Source of the DNA: a virus
Lineage: Duplodnaviria > Caudoviricetes
IMG/VR virus record: IMGVR_UViG_3300027657_000008
Coordinates: 1 to 31,081 of that record
Direction: 5' to 3' (one strand)
DNA: 31,081 bases
Positions 25,773-31,081 of the stretch are shown one piece after another. A program made the position numbers and the translations under genes. The notes under the pieces are model-generated. The model was not told the DNA's origin. It worked only from the letters and a program-made list of their open reading frames with translations, and ran no database searches. The first letter of the stretch is position 1; every line of letters starts with the position of its first letter.

Positions 25773-25958
25773 TCACTCAGTGTGGCGGTCAAGTTCACCT
25801 GCAATCTCCTTGTACGCTAGCACTATGTTCTCGTAGCGCTCAAACAGTTTCTGGAAGCGCGCGAATGTCGCGGCATTGGGGTTGGCTACCCATTCGCGCC
25901 GTGCGTCGGCCAGGTGTGTGGCTGTGATCAGCGCGCGATCCTGGATACGGATAGTCAT
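25773..25958 (-). CDS. Hypothetical protein (61 aa, MTIRIQDRAL...)
   Basis: GGGGG RBS and ATGA coupling support start 25958 rather than track start 26183. Confidence 0.65.
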   Translation of the reverse strand: MTIRIQDRALITATHLADARREWVANPNAATFARFQKLFERYENIVLAYKEIAGELDRHTE

Positions 25959-26062
25959 AGTGTCGCCCCCTGCAGTGCCAGAGCGATCCCGTGACCGGTC
26001 AGCCACGCGCAGACTACTAGTGCGGTCAGAGTTAGTGTTACGTTGCGGATAAAGCTGCTCAT
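25955..26062 (-). CDS. Small membrane peptide (35 aa, MSSFIRNVTLTLTALVVCAWLTGHGIALALQGATL), below ORF-track cutoff
   Basis: Perfect AAGGAGG RBS (26070-76, minus strand); stop overlaps next ATG. Confidence 0.72.
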   Translation of the reverse strand: MSSFIRNVTLTLTALVVCAWLTGHGIALALQGATL

Positions 26063-26080
26063 TTTGGTGCCTCCTTTTTA

Positions 26081-26389
26081 TTACCAGACCCATTCGCCGG
26101 TAGTGACGTAGGTCCAATCGCTGTCTACGTAAACTGCATCCAGAAACCGTGCCACATCGGGCAGCAGCGCTACTGCGTCGCAAACCTGGGCATCGGCCTC
26201 AATTACGAACGGCTCCACGCCGGCTTCGAGCGCGGCCGTCAGACTGTGGTGGCCGTCCAGCAGCACTCGGTAGGTCTGTCCGTCAACCGTAAACTCTGGA
26301 CTAACCGTGATTGTGAAGTCTCGGGCAGCAAACTTACGGCTCACTATGGCCGAGTCCAGGTAGCGCTGACTTGTGATGATGTTGTGCAT
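26081..26389 (-). CDS. Small ParB/Srx-like domain protein (102 aa)
   Basis: ITSQRYLD, YRVLLDGHHSLTAA..AGVEP (DGHH-type motif); no RBS, predicted leaderless. Confidence 0.72.
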   Translation of the reverse strand: MHNIITSQRYLDSAIVSRKFAARDFTITVSPEFTVDGQTYRVLLDGHHSLTAALEAGVEPFVIEADAQVCDAVALLPDVARFLDAVYVDSDWTYVTTGEWVW

Positions 26390-26400
26390 GTCATATGTGT

Positions 26401-26416
26401 AGCAGTTCGCGTGCCA
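26401..26416 (-). promoter_or_regulatory. Candidate sigma54 promoter, leftward
   Basis: Minus strand TGGCACGCGAACTGCT; ATG 26389 lies 13 nt beyond the -12 C. Confidence 0.72.
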
Positions 26417-26426
26417 CCCCACAGGC

Positions 26427-26442
26427 TGGCATGGATTAAGCA
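26427..26442 (+). promoter_or_regulatory. Candidate sigma54 promoter, rightward
   Basis: TGGCATGGATTAAGCA; GG 26428-29, GC 26440-41; upstream of GGGAG RBS and ATG 26477. Confidence 0.62.
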
Positions 26443-26476
26443 TAGTAGAGTGCACCAACAATGGGAGACCAAGATT

Positions 26477-26668
26477 ATGGATAACGAGGACCTGCTTCTG
26501 TTCGCTGAACTCCTGGGACGCGAGTTTACCCAGTCCTACGATTCGGACCGTCCCGGCCGGGCCCTATACATGCGCCGGGCCTTCTATCGGGTGCTGGAGC
26601 CCTTGGAGTGCAGTGGGTTGCGCCACGCGATGCGGGAAGCCTACACAAGCCAGGGTGGGGTGCTGTGA
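26477..26668 (+). CDS. Hypothetical protein (63 aa), paralogue 1
   Basis: GGGAG RBS; similar to the next ORF. Confidence 0.72.
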   Translation: MDNEDLLLFAELLGREFTQSYDSDRPGRALYMRRAFYRVLEPLECSGLRHAMREAYTSQGGVL

Positions 26669-26862
26669 TGCCCTTCGCCGATCTGATGTTGCTGGTGGAG
26701 CTACTGGGCGCCGAGTACGAGCGTGCGGCACTCAACGGACGCCAGGAGCACGCCTACCACGTGCACCAAACCTACCGGCGCGTGTGTGCGCTTACCGTTG
26801 AGACCTGCGAACTCGATGAGTTGCGTGATGCTTACATCTACGCGGGGGGCACCGTATGGTAG
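26668..26862 (+). CDS. Hypothetical protein (64 aa), paralogue 2
   Basis: TGATG coupling; similar to the previous ORF. Confidence 0.72.
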   Translation: MPFADLMLLVELLGAEYERAALNGRQEHAYHVHQTYRRVCALTVETCELDELRDAYIYAGGTVW

Positions 26863-28724
26863 CCTTCCTGGACTTCGAGACGTACTCAGAGTGCGACATT
26901 ACCAAGTGCGGGGCGCCGGTCTACGCGGCGCACCCGAGTACCGAGGTGCTGTGCGCTTGCTATGACGTGGGCACGGGGCCCCGCATCTGGCTGCCAGGCG
27001 ACCCACCGCCGGCGGAGTTGCTGGAGCATGTGGCTGCCGGCGGGCGCATCGCCGCGCGCAATGCCGCCTTTGAGCAGCTGATATGGCCGCGCACAGGGTG
27101 GCCGCCGGTGCCGCTCGAGCAGTGGGAGTGTACTGCTAGCCGCGCGCGCGGCTGGGGGCTCCCAGGGTCTCTCAAGGATTCAGGCGCAGCGCTTGGCGAG
27201 GTGCAGAAGAAGGACACCCTGGGCACGCGGCTCATCACTATGTACTGCTGCCCACAGAAGGATGGCAGTCGGCGGCACACGGGCAGCGACATGCGCCTGT
27301 ATAGCTACTGCTTGCAAGACATAGTGTCCGATGCGGACCAGATGCGGCACATACCGCCCCTCAGCGACCATGAGCGCCAGGTGTGGCTGGTGGACCAGCG
27401 CATCAACCAGCGCGGCGTTGCGATCGACATGGAGTCGGTCCGCGCCTGCGCAGCACTGGTGGACCGGGAGTTGGCGGCGGGTGCCGTCGAGGTGCAGCGG
27501 ATCACTGGGGGCATCAACCACACTGAGCTGGCGCAGCTGCGAGACTGGGCCCTCGCCCGGGGCGCGCGGCTCGCCGACATGACCGCCGCTACCATTGCCG
27601 CCGAGCTAACGCGTGGTGACCTTGAGCCCGAGGTGCGCGCGGCGCTGCAGTGGCGCTCGGACCTGAGCAGCGCCAGCGTCAAGAAAATTTACGCCCTGCG
27701 CGATCGCGTGGGGGCCGATGGTAGGCTCCGCGACGTGCTGGCTTACTGCGGGGCCGAGAGCACCGGGCGATGGGCGGGCCGTGGCCCACAGACCCAGAAT
27801 CTCCCTCGCCCGCCCGAGGGTTGGGACGCGGATGCGGCGCTCGAGGCGATCAGGCGCGGGGAGGCGACGGGCTTAGATGTGGTCAAGAATAGTCTCAGAG
27901 GCCTGTTCGTGGGCCATGAGCTAGTGTCGAGCGATTATACAGCCATCGAGGCCGTAGTTCTCGCGGCGCTGGCCGGCGAACAATGGCGACTCGATGTGTT
28001 CGCGGGGCACTGCAAAATCTATGAGGCGAGCGCGGCGGCCATCACCGGGCGCACCCTGCAGTACTACCTGGACTACAAGGAGCAGAACGGAAAAAACCAT
28101 ATAGATCGGGCACTTGGAAAAGTTGCCGAGTTGAGCTCAGGATTCGGCGGTGGGGTGGGTGCGTGGCTGCGCTTTGGGGCCGGCGCGACCATGAGCGAGG
28201 ATGAGATAGCCGCCGCGTTGCAGGCGTGGCGCAAGGCAAGCCCGCGCGTGGTGCAGCTTTGGTACGCTCTGGACCGGGCGGCATGCGCTGCCGTGCGGGA
28301 CCGGGGGCGCGAGTACCAGGCTGGCAGCGCGCCAGTCAGCTACCAGGTGCTGGGAGACACCCTGTACTGCCGGCTGCCCAGCGGGCGGACTCTCTGTTAC
28401 CACCAGCCAGCACTGGCGCCGGGTAAGTTTGGGCGCGATCAGCTCACGTACGTCAGTTATGGACGCCGGGAGTCAGCCTGGTATGGATTGCTCACCGAGA
28501 ACGTGGTGCAGGCTGTGGCTAGGGACCGGTTCGCGCAGTGTCTCCTGGACCTCGAGGCGTGCGGCTACCCGGTGGTCATGCACACCCACGACGAGCCCGT
28601 GTGCGAGGGGCAGGGCCTGGATGTGGCCGTGATGGAGCGCATCATGACGCGCCCCCTGGACTGGTGTGATGGCTGGCCTATCCGCGCCGATGGCGGTTGG
28701 CACGGATATCGCTATAGGAAATAG
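26856..28724 (+). CDS. DNA polymerase family A with 3'-5' exonuclease (SPO2/APSE-like)
   Basis: Exo motifs LDFETYS, NAAFE, YCLQD; TGRWAG; motif A DYTAIE; motif B R..GKVAELSSGFGGG; ENVVQA.ARD; motif C HTHDE. Confidence 0.95.
   Translation: MVAFLDFETYSECDITKCGAPVYAAHPSTEVLCACYDVGTGPRIWLPGDPPPAELLEHVAAGGRIAARNAAFEQLIWPRTGWPPVPLEQWECTASRARGWGLPGSLKDSGAALGEVQKKDTLGTRLITMYCCPQKDGSRRHTGSDMRLYSYCLQDIVSDADQMRHIPPLSDHERQVWLVDQRINQRGVAIDMESVRACAALVDRELAAGAVEVQRITGGINHTELAQLRDWALARGARLADMTAATIAAELTRGDLEPEVRAALQWRSDLSSASVKKIYALRDRVGADGRLRDVLAYCGAESTGRWAGRGPQTQNLPRPPEGWDADAALEAIRRGEATGLDVVKNSLRGLFVGHELVSSDYTAIEAVVLAALAGEQWRLDVFAGHCKIYEASAAAITGRTLQYYLDYKEQNGKNHIDRALGKVAELSSGFGGGVGAWLRFGAGATMSEDEIAAALQAWRKASPRVVQLWYALDRAACAAVRDRGREYQAGSAPVSYQVLGDTLYCRLPSGRTLCYHQPALAPGKFGRDQLTYVSYGRRESAWYGLLTENVVQAVARDRFAQCLLDLEACGYPVVMHTHDEPVCEGQGLDVAVMERIMTRPLDWCDGWPIRADGGWHGYRYRK
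28698..28713 (+). promoter_or_regulatory. Candidate sigma54 promoter
   Basis: TGGCACGGATATCGCT; GG 28699-700, GC 28711-12; upstream of RBS and ATG 28747. Confidence 0.62.
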
Positions 28725-28746
28725 CAGAGACAACCGGGAGAGCGAG

Positions 28747-28974
28747 ATGGCCACAGACCGATACGCAGACCTGCTAAAGCAAGGCTTCATGAAGCCGAGG
28801 AAAGCAAAAGCCCCGATTGAAATTGTTTCCTGTATCGGATGCCAGAATTGGCACGCCAAAGGGAAGCACACGGAGAAAGACGCCGCGGTCCGCCGGTCTA
28901 ACGTGAAGGCGGAGGCCCGGGAGCGGGCCCGCATCATGGAAGCGCGCCGGAGACTTGGCATAGTGTCTGCATAA
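28747..28974 (+). CDS. Small basic protein with CxxC-H-H putative zinc finger (75 aa)
   Basis: CIGCQNWHAKGKH; GGGAG RBS. Confidence 0.65.
   Translation: MATDRYADLLKQGFMKPRKAKAPIEIVSCIGCQNWHAKGKHTEKDAAVRRSNVKAEARERARIMEARRRLGIVSA
28956..28971 (+). promoter_or_regulatory. Candidate sigma54 promoter (leaderless transcript)
   Basis: TGGCATAGTGTCTGCA; ATG 28983 is 13 nt after the -12 C (28970). Confidence 0.68.
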
Positions 28975-28982
28975 GAAATAGC

Positions 28983-29264
28983 ATGAACATCAAACTAACC
29001 AAAGCGCAACTGGCAGTGGTCGAAGTCAACGAATGGACCGACATGGACCTGCATGGAGACTTCGGTGGTGTGGAATACATGGGCTTCATGTGCGCCTACG
29101 ACGCCAAGCGCGGGGCGATCCTGACCAGCGTCGGCAAGGAGCACCTGAGCAACGCCGCGAACTTCCTGTTTGACTTTGGTAATTGCGAGATGGAGCCCGC
29201 TAACGAGCGCCGAGCCATCATGAACCTGGCAAGCAAAGTGCTTAGGGCAGCATATGACAAATGA
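28983..29264 (+). CDS. Hypothetical protein (93 aa)
   Basis: ATG ORF with strong C/G third-position bias; no RBS. Confidence 0.7.
   Translation: MNIKLTKAQLAVVEVNEWTDMDLHGDFGGVEYMGFMCAYDAKRGAILTSVGKEHLSNAANFLFDFGNCEMEPANERRAIMNLASKVLRAAYDK
29227..29242 (+). promoter_or_regulatory. Candidate sigma54 promoter (leaderless transcript)
   Basis: TGGCAAGCAAAGTGCT; ATG 29254 is 13 nt after the -12 C (29241). Confidence 0.6.
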
Positions 29265-29505
29265 ACAACTACAGGTGAAAGCCTGGAACAAGATGAACAT
29301 CAAGCGCGGCAAGTATGTGCCTTGCCGTGAGACCTGGAAGCACGAACCGGAACCCACCTCGCAGGTGAAAGCCCAGCGCTACGCAGATTGGCTGATAGAC
29401 ACCGGGCGCACGGTGGCTTGGGTCTACCCAGCCACACCTGCGGTGGCACGGATGGTGCTAGAGAATAGCGGACTGGAGGTGAGAGAATATGATCAGGGAA
29501 TATAA
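29254..29505 (+). CDS. Hypothetical protein (83 aa)
   Basis: Overlapping operon-like arrangement. Confidence 0.68.
   Translation: MTNEQLQVKAWNKMNIKRGKYVPCRETWKHEPEPTSQVKAQRYADWLIDTGRTVAWVYPATPAVARMVLENSGLEVREYDQGI
29444..29459 (+). promoter_or_regulatory. Candidate sigma54 promoter
   Basis: TGGCACGGATGGTGCT; GG 29445-46, GC 29457-58; upstream of GGAGG RBS and ATG 29489. Confidence 0.65.
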
Positions 29506-29848
29506 CGGACCAATGGAAGCGGAGTCGATACTGGCCTACCGCGCCCGCCGCGGGTTGCGGAGTGAGGACGCGGCGGAATTATTCTGGCAGGCCGCCGGGC
29601 GCATTGACGAGATCGACGATAAGCTACGATTGGAGACCGCGGCACTACAGGAGGAAGTTCTGGACTGGCTGCGTAATGCGCATCAGGGGCGCAACTGGCG
29701 GGGCTTTATGCTGCTGGGTGGCCGGGAAATGCGTCTGCAGGCCGTTACGCCATTCGATGAGTCGGTGCTACTGGATGTATTCTTGGCTGCCGGCTGGAGC
29801 GTTACAGGACGCGATGGCGTCCTAATTAAACTGGAGCAGAGGACATGA
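29489..29848 (+). CDS. Hypothetical protein (119 aa)
   Basis: GGAGG RBS; ATGA coupling to the next gene. Confidence 0.7.
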   Translation: MIREYNGPMEAESILAYRARRGLRSEDAAELFWQAAGRIDEIDDKLRLETAALQEEVLDWLRNAHQGRNWRGFMLLGGREMRLQAVTPFDESVLLDVFLAAGWSVTGRDGVLIKLEQRT

Positions 29849-30120
29849 TCACTATTGGCGGCTTAAGTCTGGATGAGGCTAAACGAGTACTGGAGTACTT
29901 GACTGCGCTGCGGGAGGGCCCACGGCTACCTACGCCGCGCGAGCCCGAGCTAGCTCCCGCACCCGAGGTGATTACCTTTGCCACGCTCCTGCAGCGCATC
30001 ACTACAGAGCGAGTGCCGGCCGCTAAGATCAAGGCGGCGCTTGGCGATAAGATGTTGCCAGCCATTGCGACCGATGAGGCCGAGGTGCGGAGGGTATATG
30101 ATGAACTTTTCGGAAGCTGA
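29845..30120 (+). CDS. Hypothetical protein (91 aa) with Pro-rich linker
   Basis: GAGGA RBS, ATGA coupling. Confidence 0.7.
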   Translation: MITIGGLSLDEAKRVLEYLTALREGPRLPTPREPELAPAPEVITFATLLQRITTERVPAAKIKAALGDKMLPAIATDEAEVRRVYDELFGS

Positions 30121-30184
30121 CGCCTGGTGTCATGTGACGATGCGCGCCCTGCGGGAATGGCTAGCATCTATGGCTTTAAGGTAG
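30101..30184 (+). CDS. Possible 27-aa peptide (MNFSEADAWCHVTMRALREWLASMALR)
   Basis: GGAGGG RBS at 30089-94; fills the gap between neighbours. Confidence 0.4.
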   Translation: MNFSEADAWCHVTMRALREWLASMALR

Positions 30185-30197
30185 AGGTGGAGCTGTC

Positions 30198-30398
30198 ATG
30201 ACATTCGAGGAGGCAATTAACCGCATCGGACGTGTCAGTAGCGGCGAGGGTTGGACGGTATTCGCCGGGGAGACTGCGCTCAATATGTCGAGCATCGGCG
30301 AGACCAAGTTCGCAGAGTTACGGGCGCTTGGCTGGAAGCTCCAGGGTGAGGCGCGCCCTGAGCACGGGCGGCTATATACCTGGTGGACGCGGCCATGA
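30198..30398 (+). CDS. Hypothetical protein (66 aa)
   Basis: GGAG RBS; ATGA coupling to the next gene. Confidence 0.7.
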   Translation: MTFEEAINRIGRVSSGEGWTVFAGETALNMSSIGETKFAELRALGWKLQGEARPEHGRLYTWWTRP

Positions 30399-31081
30399 GC
30401 AGATCACCTAGCGGTGCGCATGTGTGGGTGCATTGCCCGGGACAACCCGAGCTAGCCGCCCAGCTACCGAAGGAGCCGCGCGACCCCAGGGCCGATGAGG
30501 GTGTACTGGCGCATCAGATAGCGGCAGCGGTGCTACGGGGTGAGGGTGGAGGTGGCGACGAGTACGTGGCGCTCTACGTGGACTACGTGCGCTCGTTGGG
30601 CGGCGAGTTACAGGTAGAGCAACGCCTGCAGATACCCGTCGGTGAGGGAATGGTAGGTGTGGCCGATGCGATCGTGGACGGGACCCACGTAATAGACTTC
30701 AAGTACGGCGAGGGGCCGGTGGAAGCGAAGGGTAACTGGCAGTTGCTATGCTACGCCTGGGCGCTACCGCCGGCGGAAAGCTACGAGCTGACCATTGTGC
30801 AGCCTAGAGCGTATCACCCAGAGGGGCCCATACGGACGTGGAGTGTCACCCGCACCGAGCTACGGCGCTACGTAGCGCAGATGATGGGTGCCAGCCTGGG
30901 CGGCGACCTGCGCACGGGGAGCCACTGCCGCAACTGCGTGGTACGGCCACACTGTCCCGCGCTACGGGGCGATGTGTCGGCGCAGATAGACCACCTGGCT
31001 GTGGCTGCAGAGCTGGATTCCCTGCCCCTGGATGCTGCGGGCAGGGAATTGGCCCGCATCCTGCAAGCTGAGAAACTACTA
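30395..31081 (+). CDS. DUF2800 / Cas4-like PD-(D/E)XK exonuclease (3'-truncated; absent from ORF track)
   Basis: Manual translation: SPSGAHVWVHCPG, ADEGVLAH, VEQRL, GVADAI, VIDFKYGEG, NWQLLCYA, TIVQPR, GSHCRNC...CPA. Confidence 0.9.
   Translation, partial: MSRSPSGAHVWVHCPGQPELAAQLPKEPRDPRADEGVLAHQIAAAVLRGEGGGGDEYVALYVDYVRSLGGELQVEQRLQIPVGEGMVGVADAIVDGTHVIDFKYGEGPVEAKGNWQLLCYAWALPPAESYELTIVQPRAYHPEGPIRTWSVTRTELRRYVAQMMGASLGGDLRTGSHCRNCVVRPHCPALRGDVSAQIDHLAVAAELDSLPLDAAGRELARILQAEKLL

Noticed and set aside
25660-26476. Lysogeny module (integrase, repressor, att site) at the strand switch
   Set aside because: No recombinase or HTH repressor motifs seen; lifestyle cannot be determined from this window.
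30395-31081. Cas4-like nuclease as sign of a CRISPR system
   Set aside because: DUF2800-type stand-alone phage replication/recombination nuclease; no array or other cas genes in the window.

Overview
A 31-kb segment of a high-GC tailed phage (siphovirus architecture, host probably a proteobacterium; host is inference). The + strand carries a late operon: TerL (5'-truncated), HK97 portal, S49 prohead protease and HK97 major capsid. An unusual ~9-kb accessory block then separates capsid from neck, encoding a Maf/DUF115-like transferase, a P2-Y-type holin, DUF1353, a T5 A1-like metallonuclease, two more glycosyltransferase-like genes, a FkbM methyltransferase, a secreted beta-sandwich/FN3 protein, small membrane proteins and an Asp-box beta-propeller protein. 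Neck and tail genes follow, with a -1 frameshifted tail chaperone, tape measure and a GTA-type tail tip (DUF2460, DUF2163, NlpC/P60, central tail protein), a lysozyme-like gene inserted in the tip module, and a propeller tail fibre. A short leftward operon (ParB-like plus 2 small ORFs) diverges from an early/replication region (family A DNA polymerase, small ORFs, DUF2800 nuclease truncated at the window end). Two candidate systems stand out. (1) A putative virion glycosylation system: GT/methyltransferase genes inside the head operon plus recurring x-Ser-Pro tags in capsid, neck and tail proteins. (2) A window-wide set of sigma54-type (-24/-12) promoter motifs, including a back-to-back divergent pair and three placed to give leaderless mRNAs. 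Family assignments come from motif recognition by eye, not database searches.
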